64,000 nucleotides of DNA. Origin: Eledone cirrhosa. Its lineage: Eukaryota. The stretch spans positions 163,928,001-163,992,000 of the forward strand of contig OZ024740.1 of the NCBI GenBank assembly GCA_964016885.1. The letters run 5' to 3'. Positions 50,560-64,000 of this stretch are shown here, in pieces (the stretch's first letter is position 1; each line of letters starts with the position of its first letter). A model generated the notes under the pieces. That model saw only the letters and a list, made by a program, of their open reading frames with translations, was not told the DNA's origin and made no database searches. A program made the position numbers and the translations under genes.

Positions 50560-51530
50560 AATTATTGTGTACAGTGCTCAGGTGCACTACAACTCATCAA
50601 AGGTGCATGTATAGTACACAGAATAATATACAAATGTCAAGGAAGTCAATAATGAATGAGTCATGATATACATGTGTGCGTGTGTATGGAGGGGGAATAT
50701 TAGGTGTAGTGTTATCGAATCTCGGGAAGCATGGAAGTTTTAAAGGATGCAGTGTCTCGACAGCTAATAACTGATGCAGGTAGTTTGTTCCATGCTTCAG
50801 CAACTCTGAGCGTGAAAAAATGTTTCCGAAAGTCATGGGAGCTGTGCTGTTTTCTGACTTTGTTGGCATGCCCACGTATGTTAGACACATGGAAATCAAA
50901 AAGCTACTCAGGGTTGTTGTTGGAAAGATGGTTAATAATTATGTGGGTGTTTACCAAGTCAGTTGCCAGACGTCGGAGCTTCAATGTATCCATGATCAGG
51001 GAAGCAAGGCGTTCAGAGTATGGTAGATGCCACGTCGCTGAACAGTTTCCAGGTGGTCAATGTTTTGAGCAAGATAAGGGTTCCAGACTGGTGATGCAAA
51101 TTCTAAGTGTGGCCGCACCATAGCTATATACAGCTTTAAATAGATAGTTGGAAAGCGGCTGACAAAGGTCTTGCTGAGTGATGCTAAGACACCCTCGGCC
51201 TTCTTGACAATTCTAGAGACGTGCTTCGTCCAACGCAAATCGCTGCTGACACTAATGCTCAGGTCACGTTCCCAAGAAGGCTTCTTGATATTAGTGTTGT
51301 GAAGGGAATATGTGGGTGCTGGGTTTTTACTCCCAAAATGCATCGTGGTACACTTGTCCACAGCCAGCTTGAGTTGCCAGTCCGTGATCCATTGTTGCAT
51401 TGTGTCCAGGTCAGATTGCAGGCAAGATCTATAGTCTTCAGGATCTGTCCTTTTTATCTCAAGATACAGCTTGATGTCATCTGCATATTTCAGTACTGCG
51501 GCATTCTTTAAGTTGGCATCTACGTATGTC
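50560..51530 (-). mobile_element. CR1-clade LINE 3' fragment (RT C-terminus)
   Basis: KYADDIKLY..LQSDLD..W..WQL..KC..MH.G; ERDL; VRPHLEFASPVWNP; LETVQRR. TAA-rich tail. Confidence 0.85.
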
Positions 51531-51848
51531 ATTAATATATGCCACAAAACATATATACAATAGTGTATCTATGTTATTAAATATTCTCATTTTTCTAAGA
51601 AAGCAAAAATATTATTTTTTACCCATATGAGAAATGATTAAAATTCTGCATATCTTTCTTCCGTTGCACTCTTTTCCTATTTCTCCTTTTCCCTCTTTCC
51701 CTTTCTTTCTCTCTATATATCTTTTGTATGATTAATTCTTAAATTGTTTCTTCTTCACCCATCAGTCACATGACAGTCCTTCTTCCTTCTTTCTCTCACA
51801 ATTTCATAAATCCTATATTCTCTCCATACTTAAAAAAAGGATATATTG

Positions 51849-52550
51849 GGCGGGGAATTGGCAGTATCGGTAGAAGGGGGGACGCCATGCTTTGCAGCAT
51901 CAAGTTACGCCCCTTTATGGTCTGAGATCAAATCCCGCCGAGGTTAACTTTGCTTTCATCCTTACGGTGTCGATAAAATAAAGTACCAGTAATGAACTGG
52001 GATAATTGCTGGCCTTGTGCCAAAAGTAGAAACAATTACTGTAGTCATTCCGAATAAGATGGAACAGCAGCCCAATCACAACACCTTTACTACTACCACT
52101 ACCACCATCATCGCCACACAGCCGTCGCCATTACCAGCAGCAAGATCTAAGAAGCATATATTTCGACAAATGTTTTTGAAGATACACGTTCAAACTAAGC
52201 TGGCAAGCACATATCGAGACTGCCGAGAACAAACTAGAACTCCTCATCCACTTCTGGTCTTTATGTTTTCTGCGTCTCCCAATTGTGATGTTATTTTAAA
52301 GTATTATATAATTTATAGAGGTTGACTTTGCCTTTCATCCTTACGGGGTCGATAAAATAAAGTACCAGTAATGCACTGGGTTATTGCTGGCCTTGTGCTT
52401 AAAGTAGAAACAATTATATAATTTATATTATTTATGAGTTCAAATCCCGCCGAGATTAACTTTGCCTTTCATCCTTACGGGGTCGATAAAATAAAGTACC
52501 AGTAATGCACTAGGTAATTGCTGGCCTTGTGCCAAAAGTAGAAACAATTA
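51849..52550 (+). mobile_element. Meta-like tRNA-SINEs: one full copy (51849-52038) and two 5'-truncated copies (52320-52415, 52436-52550)
   Basis: A-box tggcagtatcgg, B-box, core and tail ctggccttgtgccaaaagtagaaacaatta. Confidence 0.8.
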
Positions 52551-52792
52551 TATAATTTATATCGATAGTAATGGTCTGATGAAATCTCATTTAGAAAACA
52601 TTTGTCAGTTAGAATTTAAATATTTGTCGAGGTTAAAATATCAATAAATTGTGTCTGTCGTCATGACGACTGCACACCAATATACACAGACACAACATAT
52701 ACACGCACACACACACACACATATATATATATTTAAGTATTTATATATGATGTATATATATATATTTATGTATGTATATATATATATATATT

Positions 52793-54400
52793 TAAAACAT
52801 TTTTTTTTATGTATTATATCTATTTATATGTTACAGACTTTATTGTGCTGTATCAGATGAAAGAATGGTATTTAACTAATGTATTGGTACGCGATGGGGC
52901 CCACCCACAGCCCCGGCGGACAGAATGGAGAAGGTGTTTCCCCAGAGGACGGTAAGGGAGACGCGCTGGAAAAGCCACTCCAGCTCACGGGGCTCACACC
53001 TACGGCTGGCCAGCTCAGCGCCTATGGTGGTGAGTAAGGAGGTAGCCCTGGGACCGAGGACACCAGAAGTTTCCACTGCCAGGGGAACGACCACAAACCT
53101 GTCGGAGAGCAACCGGTATTTGAGGAGTTTGCCCCCCCCCCCCCCCGCAGCCCGACGTGCAGCAGAACCTGGGTCAGTCGCAGACTGCACCAGGTTACGG
53201 GTGGAGAAAGTGTCGGTGCAAGTGGCATCCCAGTCGAGGGGTTTGCCACCGCGGAACGAGAAGATGGTCATGCCATCTGGCCTTTTGCCGTCCCCTCGAT
53301 CCAGCCCCACCGGCTCCAGCTGGGAAGAGAATCCTGCAGCGTCCAAGCCATGCTTAATGACCTCGTTGAGGGCAGCATGGCGTGGAATGCGACCGGCACT
53401 GTGGCGACAGGAAAGCGGGTGGAGGCCGAAAGAGTCCACGGTGGAACCGCAGCGATATTGGTGTGGCTGACAGATCCGGAGGCCGAGCCTCAGGGAAACG
53501 CCGATTCGCAGGCTATGGTTGTCTAGCTGCGTGCCAGTGGAGAAGGAGGGCAGAGCATGGAGCCAGACACCACTGTGGGGTTTGGAGGCCGCACAAAAAT
53601 AAGCAAGGCGGTGCTGGTCAAGCTGGCGCGTGAGCCTGTCTGAGGCCAGGCTGCACTGGATGGCATTCCAAGTGCGTTGGGGGGACTTGACGTCAACAGG
53701 GGGAGAAGGAGGAGGGACGTCTACTGGGCTACCTCCCAGCCGGTCGCACGTATCACAGGCGGCCTCACGTTCTTTGAACACAGAGGGTTCTGTTGTGTTT
53801 TGAAGAACCCTGCTGACGAGGATGCGGCACGAGGTTACCGACGAAAGATACGCCGGCAAAGCTAGTGAGATCGGGGACCGGAGGCCTAGGCCGCCATACC
53901 TGACCCGTAAAGTGGCCTGTTGCCACCCTATGTCGTCAAACTTGACGTTGCATATCCCCTCGGCTGCTGCTCGGATACAAGTATCGAGGTCAGCGAGGAG
54001 AGATGTCTGGCTGTAGCACGGAACGCTGCGGAGTGTATAGAGGAGCTTCGGCATGGCGAAGCAGTCCCTCAACAGAAAGAGAGCTGGGTGACCGTCAATC
54101 AAGCCCAGTCGGCTTGTGAGAGTCTGGGGCTGTTGAAGCCTGGACCTGATGGTGGAGCGGATGGCCGGCGGGTGGATCGGTGACCCGAGGATGAGGACAT
54201 CCTCTTTGGGGGTCACCTGAACCTGGCGGAGAATGGACCGCACGTCCAAGACGGAGGCTGCAAAGTTCGCAGCATCGAGGCTGACGTTCACCACCTCCGA
54301 CTTGGCCGAGTTGACCTGGAGGCCGATTCCCGCCGGGGCAGGAATCACCGATTGAAGGTCTTGGCAGACCGTCCGTACGGGCCCGCCCAACGTAGCATCA
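52793..54400 (-). mobile_element. 5'-truncated CRE-clade non-LTR retrotransposon (RT C-terminus, zinc finger, RLE)
   Basis: 504-aa ORF 52876-54390 begins just after the RT 'DATLGG' and contains GGLG, C.CGS..D..G.H.LSC, RH..LN, LEP.GL, KRPDG and WD.TC. (TA)n at both ends. Confidence 0.85.
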
Positions 54401-54511
54401 TATATATATATATTAAAATAACAGATTAAAGTTTAAGCAAAGAATCGCTGCTTTCATCCTTAACGGGATCTTCAATAGATATTGGATTTTAGTCTTCAAA
54501 TTTATTATTAT

Positions 54512-54560
<49 letters not shown>

Positions 54561-54716
54561 TGTGTGTGTGTGATAAAGTGATATCTGTATATTTACAGAG
54601 TGGGTAGCCAAGACTTGGCTCATATCTTAATATATATATATATGTATATTTACATTTAAACACACACACAGACGCACACACACACACGCGCGCGCGCGCG
54701 CACACACACACAGACA

Positions 54717-54778
<62 letters not shown>

Positions 54779-54794
54779 CACAGACAGACAGACA

Positions 54795-54833
<39 letters not shown>

Positions 54834-54836
54834 ACA

Positions 54837-54873
<37 letters not shown>

Positions 54874-55146
54874 TTATGAGTGTTCTGCCCTGTCAGGACC
54901 AGATTTATAATCATTTTAAAAATTGATAGTGTTGACGTGAATATTTATTCTAAGCAGAGTTTCATCCGTTTTTGTCGAAAGATGACATCCTCGTTGAACA
55001 TTTCAAACTTCTGGTCAGTACAGAAGATGTGCATTTTTGAAGCTGTTGGTATAGAGTTGCAAAACTACCATCGATTAGTCTGCACATTGTTTAATACAGT
55101 ATCTCTCTCTCTCTCTCTCTCTCTCAATATATGTATATAACATACA

Positions 55147-55300
55147 GGCGGCGAATTGGCTGAGTCGTTAGAACGTCGGATAATATGCTTTGTGGTATTC
55201 ATTCCGGCTTTCCGCTCTCTGAGTTCAAATCCTGCTGAGGTCAACTTTGCTTTTCATCCTTTCGTGGTTGATAAAAAAAGTACCAGTCTATTACTAGGAT
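55147..55300 (+). mobile_element. Meta-like tRNA-SINE
   Basis: ggcggcgaattggc head, B-box gagttcaaatcc and core. Confidence 0.7.
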
Positions 55301-55803
55301 CGAGTCTTCCTCTATATATCTTTCTCATTACCTCTCTCTCACTTTCTATATTTCGCTGGAGGAAATCTACTTTACTCAGACCTGGAGAAGGATGGGCTCC
55401 ACCAGGCTTAAAATGTCCAAGAAACGCCGTATATCAATACGGTGCGCCTACGACTCTATCAGGAGTTACGGAACTACACCATACCATGCCATATAACTTA
55501 CACACACATGCAAACGCACACATACATAACGTGTGAGTCTTTACGCTGACGTTCGACCACCAAGAAATAGTAGGCAAATAATCTTTCTCAGATTACACGT
55601 AGAAAAGGAAAAGACACATTGGATAATATAGTCGTAGATACACTGGGATGGCGCACAGCTTCAGAGGATTCCTTTAAAGACAGCTCTGTTTGCTCTGCTA
55701 CTAAACAGGAACTACAACAACGCCCTAACAGACATACACATGATTACGTCAATCATACTATTCCTCATCCTCTTTGTCAAGCAGAACATTCTCTAACTTC
55801 CTC

Positions 55804-55885
<82 letters not shown>

Positions 55886-56054
55886 TGAGTGTAAATGAGT
55901 GTAAGAGAGGAAGAGAAAGAGAGGGAGAGAGTGAGAGTGAGAAGGAGGGAAAGGAAACGGGAGAAAAAGAAGACTGTAAAGTCACAGAAACGATTGAGTA
56001 CTGGATTAAATGTCTTGTGGTGAGATCTAATTACGTCATCTGTCGATGCAGAGT

Positions 56055-56350
56055 ACGGCGGAATGGTTAAGGAGTTTGTGTCGCAAACATTAGGTCCCAA
56101 GTTCGATCCCTCTCTGTAACATCTTGGACAAGTGTTATTTACCATAGCCTCGTGTTTGTCCATGCCTTGTGAATGGAATTGGATTGTACCTGTAATTCAA
56201 GGAGCCAGTCGTGTCACACACTCTATCTCGCCGAATCTCCCTTAGAATTATGTTAAAAGTACACATGTCTGTGAAATGCTCAAGTATTTATATGTTAATT
56301 TTAGGAAAAGGCTGTTCTGTTGATCGATCAGTTGAAAAAACACATCATCG
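56055..56350 (+). mobile_element. tRNA-derived SINE (CORE-like)
   Basis: ggcggaatggttaag...agttcgatcc...catcttggacaagtg. Homologous to 1275 and 42528. Confidence 0.6.
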
Positions 56351-59026
56351 AATCCTACGGCAGTCCATTCCAATTAAGTCCCTTTAATGCTCCGAGTTTA
56401 AATCCCGCGAGTTCTGAGTGTTGAATTCCATAAAATAAGAACCAGTTATTATCTAGAGTCGATTCAATCAACTCGACTCTTCCCCAAAAGCTATAGCCCA
56501 ATGCCTAAGTAAGAAATCATTATTTAGGTTAGTATTATCGATTAGCAAAATCGATAGATCACCGGGCAAAATTTTACATGGTATTCAATTATGTCCCTGT
56601 AATGTTCTGAATCCATATTTCACCAAGGTCGACTTTGGCCTTTTTTTTTTTACCTGTGGGAGTCGATAAAATAAAATATCAGTCAACTACTGCAGTCGAT
56701 ATAATCTAGTAAACCCACCTTTTGTCTACATCAAAATTCAATGTATCCATGCTTCAAAGGCAGTGAATTATTCAACCCCACCTATCAAAGGTTGTGACTT
56801 TGTGTGAAAGTTAACTTTTTGTCTTTTATCTCAATTTCGTGTTGTACTGCACGTCTGCCTATTTCTATACGGTATCAAGTTTTATATATGAAGTTGCTAG
56901 CCCATAGTTCAACCCTTCTCCGTTTCTGGAGAAAGGAACGTTGTGAACGATCTCCCACGATACGACATAACCGAATTAGGTATATATATATATAAGTGTA
57001 TATGTATATATATATATATGGATAGATGGATAGAGATAGACAGCTAGATATATGGATAGAAAGAAATCCACTCAGTATCTTATATAGCGATCTCGAAAGA
57101 ATGAAAGTGAAAGACAAATAAGAACTCGGTTGGAAATTGAAGCCAGAGCACAAAGAGTCGGCACAAATTCCGTTGAGCATTCTTGTCGGCGTTCTAACCA
57201 GTGTTAAGTTGTTACCTGTATCAAAGTAAGAAATTCTTCTTATTGTTTCACGTTCGATAATAGATTAGACCCTCCCTACCAAACATATGACTTTCTGCTA
57301 GCCGCCTACATTCTTTAGAGATTGTGCCAACCAAAAAAGAAACAACATTGATGTATGATAGATTTTAATACATTGTAATATATGTATTATAAATATTTAC
57401 TTTCTCCTTTTGTGTAATCCAGTGTAGTGAATTGCGTATGTGGATATTTCGTCACCAAACTTTCCATTGCTGGATACATAGATTTATTTCATTATCTAGA
57501 TAAAATTAAATTTAATGTAAGGATTATTTTGTAAACAATGGAATTGTTTTTCAACGGAAAAAAATTATGATTTTTCAGTAAAAAACAAACAAAAAACAAT
57601 CCCACGAAAATCTTGGCGACTAAAACCAGATGAAGGAATGCCTGGAGTTATAGTAGTATGGTCTTTTAATCCTTTAGTATGGTCATGCTATTCCATCACC
57701 TTGTAAGGTATATTTCCATCGATTGGTATTTAGGATATCAATCTCGGAGGAAATGAAAAGCAAAATGAGCCTAAGCCTGGATTGGAGCTCAGAATGTAAA
57801 GGGACATAACTAAATACTACAATATGTTTAGTTTAAGACTCTACTACTTTATATACTAAGATATCTTAGTGTATGTTTGTATGCGCAGTGTAGCATCGTG
57901 TTTCGAAATGGTTAGTTGAGAGAATACCCGATTAAGAGTAGTACGTAATATGTAAGCAGTACTACTCTCTGTAGACAAGACAGTGAACTCTCAATGAGCA
58001 ATCATGTCAATCTGTTAATAGATACCATGATATTGTGCAGTTTACAGATTACAAATGTGAGTAGTCTGACCAATTTACGATCAACGAACTTCTCTTTATC
58101 TTGAAGAACCGAGTTCATCTTCAGTGTTTATAGTACACAACGCAAGGATGGTGGATTGATTGAATCGGTAGAATGTCGGACAAAATGCTTTGTTCTGCGG
58201 TCAAGATCGGCTATGCTTTTCATCATTCTGGGGTCTATAATGATATAGACATAAAATATATGTCGGTCAAGTACTGGGGATCAATGAAACCAACTATATC
58301 GCTTTCCTTGAGGCCTTTTGCTTTTTGCTTGTAAGCTTTTTGCCTATATTAAACAATATAGTGTACAATTGAAATGTACACTATGAAGTCTATCGTTTGT
58401 TTTATGAAATACATTCTTGGACAACCCACTGTTGTGTAATATAATATAGTAGAAGAAAAATGAGAGGCAAAATCGATATTTTATGTTTTTACATGCTCCC
58501 ATGTTCTAAGTGCACATCTCTTCGTGAAGTACTTGGCTTTTCCTTTTTATAAGTTGGTAAATAAAGTAAAAATAAAAATCTAGGTTCGATTAGATCGATA
58601 TACGCGCCCTACAAAATACGTTGTATTCTACACATGCCAGGAATTCTGGTAGCGCTTGGGTGGTTTCAATATATCTATGCTTCAAGGGCAGTAAAGCGTT
58701 GGACAGAATTACATATTTCATAGAAACGTATCTATGCATGTATATCTGTATATAAATATATGTAAATGCAAATGTATATGCCTATACTGGTTGAAGTTTA
58801 AATGCAAATCTATATATATTGAGGCAGAAGCCAGCATGCTTCTGTCATAATGCGCACAAACATATAAACGCACACAGCACACACATACATATACACACAC
58901 ATATATTTTTAATATTTATGATATATGCATATTTACACACGAAGGGGTATATATTCATACAGTAGGATGCTATACCAGCAGAGAATAAGCGAGTGATATC
59001 TATCGATTTTTCTCTCTCTCTCTCTC

Positions 59027-59134
<108 letters not shown>

Positions 59135-59177
59135 CAAATAAATATATATATATATTATTATTATTATTATTATTATT

Positions 59178-59325
59178 AACATCGATACAACAACGAAGAC
59201 AATAGGGAGAAACGCAACATGTGTTTCGTTGAGCGAACTCAACTTATTCAACGAAACACTGTCCGCTCAACGAAATGCGTGTTCTTGCATTTCTCCCTGT
59301 TATGTCTTCGTTTAGTATCGAATTT
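59178..59325. mobile_element. Foldback MITE / long hairpin
   Basis: ~60-bp imperfect inverted arms (cgatac..aacgaagac..agggagaaa..gcaa..tttcgttgagcg) in TAA/TTAA context. Confidence 0.65.
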
Positions 59326-59689
59326 AATAATATATTAATAAGTTGTCGCATGGACTGATTGCAGTACACATTAGATATATTAACCAAACTATTCCTACAC
59401 GTAATGGTATGCATGATATTACTTTATTGGATTTTTTTGATGCTCAAAATAACTCAAAATGTTCAATAAGTGTCGCCGGATTTTCCCCTGTAAAGCTGAT
59501 TTTATAAATCCAAAGATACTACGTACAAAATGTTGCCGATTATTATCTCTTTGGTATTTCTTCCTGTCGAAAGTATGGAAAACAGTGTGCCTCGGCCGGT
59601 GGACCCAACGTCATTTGAAAGCTCACCAAAACAAAACAGAACCAAAGTGGAATAAATCTTTATCATAGGAGCATATTCAGAAAGAAATA

Positions 59690-60030
59690 TAAGCTACATA
59701 AATTAAAAAATTTAACCGCAACCTTCAATGTTTTGCCATACACAGAAATACTAGGCTCGGTGAAATCCTTGCTCAGAGCAGGTTGGTACATTACAACTGT
59801 CTTGACCAGACTGATTGTCAAACCCAACGCACTGCATGCCTCCGAAAAAGAATCCACCAGGTGCTGCATATGCTTCTTTGCGTGAGCAACAAGATCACAA
59901 TCATCTGCATACAGACATTCACATTTTAAAGAGGTGAACACGTTTGTTTTGACAGCAAACCGTCTGATGTTGCCCGTCAAATGATACTTGATATACATTC
60001 CATGTGTGCAGTCCTCAAATACCACTAGAA
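59690..60030 (-). mobile_element. RTE-clade RT fragment
   Basis: CLYADDCDLVAH...MQHLVDSF..AC..LGLTISL.KT.VMYQP. Confidence 0.75.
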
Positions 60031-60305
60031 ATTCAATGCAAAAAGTGTAGGATCAGAGAAGCCACGGGGAAACTCATCTAGTCTGGAATCCATTGTAATT
60101 TTAAAAGCAAATGGCACACCAGACTCTCTCTCTTGCATCCTTCTAATCTTCCACTCCAATGAAAAGTATATCCACCGGAACGTTTCTGAAAATGACCCTC
60201 CTCAACATATCTGGTTCAACCATGTGCGCTTGGGCTCTAAACCGAGTATTTCCATGTCTTTGAGCATATATATATATATATAAATACATAATCGGAGAAA
60301 GCTAA

Positions 60306-60377
<72 letters not shown>

Positions 60378-60819
60378 TTATATATATATACATAAAAAAA
60401 ATGTATATATTTTTAAAGTTATAAGAACAGGTTAAACTCCGAGGCATAAAAAGCTGAGGGCTGTCGTATTTTTCGTGGCAAACAGTTGCACCGAAGATAT
60501 GTGTCGCCAGTTACAAAAAGTGCGGTTGACCCTACACAAACCTTCACCACTTAAAACAAAACTTTGTGTGGGTAGTTCAACATCAGTTCACTTTCTCACA
60601 TTTAACTTTTGTTGGAGACTCATACGTCGGATATCGACGGGAGAGTCAATCATATATATATATATCAAGTAAGAATATTTTTCGAAACAGCGAGCGGGTT
60701 TGAAATTATTATAAATGTAAGCTATCGCCGTATTTTGGCTAAAGAAATTAAAGAAATTATTTAGACTGATAGTGGGGTTAAGAACCCTCGGAGAAATGGA
60801 AAAAGATGAGTATTGACGT

Positions 60820-60909
<90 letters not shown>

Positions 60910-61062
60910 GTGTGCTCATGTGCAGAGATGCTATAAAATAGCTCATAAAAATAGAATGACGGCCTTTAAAGACGGACAGCCGATGGCAACTTCTTTTCCC
61001 GTCTTTAAGGGGTTTCACCCTATTTTATAATCTATTTTATAGCATCTCGGAGATGAGCACAC
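60910..61062. mobile_element. Foldback MITE / long hairpin
   Basis: ~65-bp inverted arms gtgtgctcat..gagatgctataaaatag..ataaaa..ttaaagacgg with a short spacer. Confidence 0.7.
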
Positions 61063-61161
61063 CAATCTTTATATTAGCTTTATACTTTCACCAGTTCGTA
61101 AATGTCCGATAGGTTACGTAATATACAATGTTATATATATATTACACACACACGCACATAC

Positions 61162-61197
<36 letters not shown>

Positions 61198-61416
61198 GGA
61201 TAGTCGTTGACTCTTCTGAGTTCCTCTGCCCTTTGACGGGTTATATTTTTCATGCTGCAGGGTGTCCAAAAATCACCCTCCTCACCAAGCAAGCTTGGTG
61301 GAGTTGCCAGTTTTGTCGCCGACGACCCGACCATGTGACAGGTTGTACTGGGTTACATGATACCAGTAGCACTGAAGAGTGACCCGTCATACATACATAT
61401 ATACATACACGCATAC

Positions 61417-61471
<55 letters not shown>

Positions 61472-61639
61472 TACATATGGAGATTTGCAACAGTGGGCAT
61501 ATGCACGTGATATTGACAGCCGTCTCTTAAATAATTCCGAAGTTCTGATTCGATCAGTTATTATTTATTTATTTATTTATTTGTTTATTTATGTATTTAT
61601 TTATTCCATTTCTATTGTACATTTTACCATTCCATCAGT

Positions 61640-61831
61640 GAAAAGTAGAGAGAGAGTAGAGAGATAGAGAGGGAGAGGGAGAGAGAGGGAGAGAGAGGGA
61701 GAGAGAGGGAGAGAGAGAGAGGGATGAAGCGACAGAGGGAGGGACGAGGCAAACAAAAGGAGAGATAGATATAGATAGAGAGAGACAGAGAGAGACATGG
61801 AAAGTGAGAGAGAGTGTAAGAGAGAGGTAGT

Positions 61832-61870
<39 letters not shown>

Positions 61871-62048
61871 GAGTGAGAGAGAGAAAGACAGATAAATAGA
61901 CACAGAACAGGAGAGAAAGAGAGAGAGAGAGAGAGAGAGTGAGAGAGAGGTGAAGAGAGAGTCACTTGAAAAGGGAAAACTAAGACAAAAGACCAAAGAA
62001 GGCGATGTTGAGAGGGTAAGAGACAAAGAAAGGAGAGAGAGAAAGAGA

Positions 62049-62116
<68 letters not shown>

Positions 62117-62213
62117 GAAATAGAAATAGAAATAGAAATTGAGAGAAAAATAGAGAGAGAGAGGCGGGGAGGGAGAGAGAGAGAGACAGAGCGAGAGAAA
62201 GAAAGAGAGAGAC

Positions 62214-62299
<86 letters not shown>

Positions 62300-62370
62300 T
62301 GAGAAATAGAGAGAAATAGAGAGAGGGGGGGGGAAATAGCGAGAGAAAGAGAGAGAGAGAGAAAGAGAGA
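61640..62370. repeat. Polypurine (GA)-rich low-complexity tract
   Basis: About 730 bp of mostly G/A on the + strand. Confidence 0.9.
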
Positions 62371-62646
62371 TCCTATGTGCTTCGGGAGAAGATCTGCAAT
62401 GGTTACATTTCTATCCAATGAAATGTTCCGCTTGTGGAGTTCGTATTTCGGTTGGCGTTGGCCCGTGAAATTAACAAGTCGGGATGATTGACCTGGTTAG
62501 GTCAATAAGCATTGTCTTTCAAATTGCCAGGCTACTTTCTCAATAATCCTAGCTTTCGTTTCCCTGTCCCTATTGTATTCTCCTTATGATGGATACAATG
62601 CTTTGGATAAGGTGGATGAATAGCTGCTTGCTGAGGGTGATGTGGC

Positions 62647-62647
<1 letters not shown>

Positions 62648-62737
<90 letters not shown>

Positions 62738-62816
62738 ATATATATATATATATGTGTGTATATATATATATATGTGTATATATATATATATATGTGTATA
62801 TATATGTATATATATG

Positions 62817-62909
<93 letters not shown>

Positions 62910-62942
62910 ATATATATATATATATGTGTGTATATATATATA

Positions 62943-62989
<47 letters not shown>

Positions 62990-63017
62990 TATATATATAT
63001 ATGTGTATATATATATA

Positions 63018-63060
<43 letters not shown>

Positions 63061-63083
63061 ATATACATATATATATATATGTG

Positions 63084-63178
<95 letters not shown>

Positions 63179-63184
63179 ATATAT

Positions 63185-63226
<42 letters not shown>

Positions 63227-63285
63227 GTGTGTGTATATATATATATATATGTGTATATATATATATATATATGTGTATATATATA

Positions 63286-63330
<45 letters not shown>

Positions 63331-63393
63331 ATATATATATATATATGTGTATATATATACATGTATATATATATATATATGTGTATATATATA

Positions 63394-63442
<49 letters not shown>

Positions 63443-63475
63443 GTGTATATATATATATATGTGTGTGTATATATA

Positions 63476-63508
<33 letters not shown>

Positions 63509-63545
63509 GTGTATATATATATATGTATATATATATATATGTGTG
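62648..63545. repeat. ~900 bp (TA)n microsatellite interrupted by TG/GTG
   Basis: Alternating purine-pyrimidine run. It is the source of the spurious YI-repeat ORFs. Confidence 0.95.
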
Positions 63546-63732
63546 AGGGAGAGAGAGAGAGAGAGAGGGAGGGAGAGAGAGAGAGAGAGAGAGAGAAAGG
63601 GAGGGAGGGAGAAAGAGGAACAAGAAGATATGGAGAGTGTTTATTAGGAAGACAGAAAAACTGAATGTTCAGGATAAAGAGAAATGATGATAAACACAGA
63701 CAGAGAGTCAAATAGGTAGAGAGATAGGTAGG

Positions 63733-63806
<74 letters not shown>

Positions 63807-63819
63807 AGAGAGAGTAAGA

Positions 63820-63894
<75 letters not shown>

Positions 63895-64000
63895 GAGAAG
63901 ACAAGATTGTGAGTGTTTATTAAGAAGTTAGAAGGACTGAGAGATTAAGAATAAAGAGAAATTGATATATATATATATATGAAGGTAGCTAAGAAGGAGA

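Noticed and set aside
54438-54475. Additional hammerhead-like motifs (also near 49613 and 60766)
   Set aside because: Core nucleotides are mutated and stems I and III are not recoverable, so they are too degenerate to call.
62532-63711. Long ORFs of YI/HT/CV/LS repeats (also at 2117-2834, 33724-34382, 38115-38691, 54514-54914, 61601-62418)
   Set aside because: They are translations of dinucleotide microsatellites that lack stop codons, with no coding signal.

Overview
This is AT-rich eukaryotic intergenic or intronic DNA, dense in microsatellites and transposable elements. The tRNA-SINE families and repeat landscape suggest a coleoid cephalopod such as Octopus (inference). No host protein-coding exon could be supported. 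The dominant feature is a ~17.8 kb head-to-tail array (4883-22718) of five Tx1/L1-clade LINE copies (APE endonuclease + RT) from several subfamilies, each separated only by (TATC)n tracts. A sixth, independent, 5'-truncated copy (42884-46820, minus) also has (GATA)n at both junctions, which points to a (GATA/TATC)n-microsatellite-targeting lineage. In every copy that retains the ORF1/ORF2 junction, the ORF1 stop lies inside a perfect AG|GTAAGT splice donor. In all six copies ORF2 ends in a polypyrimidine-AG acceptor-like sequence, so ORF2 looks like a removable intron. Other elements are an R4/Dong-like RLE fragment in (TACA)n, CRE and Penelope elements in (TA)n, minimal hammerhead ribozymes, RTE and CR1 fragments, two decayed hAT-type transposases, tRNA-SINEs and foldback MITEs. 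Most short ORFs in the supplied track are microsatellite artefacts.
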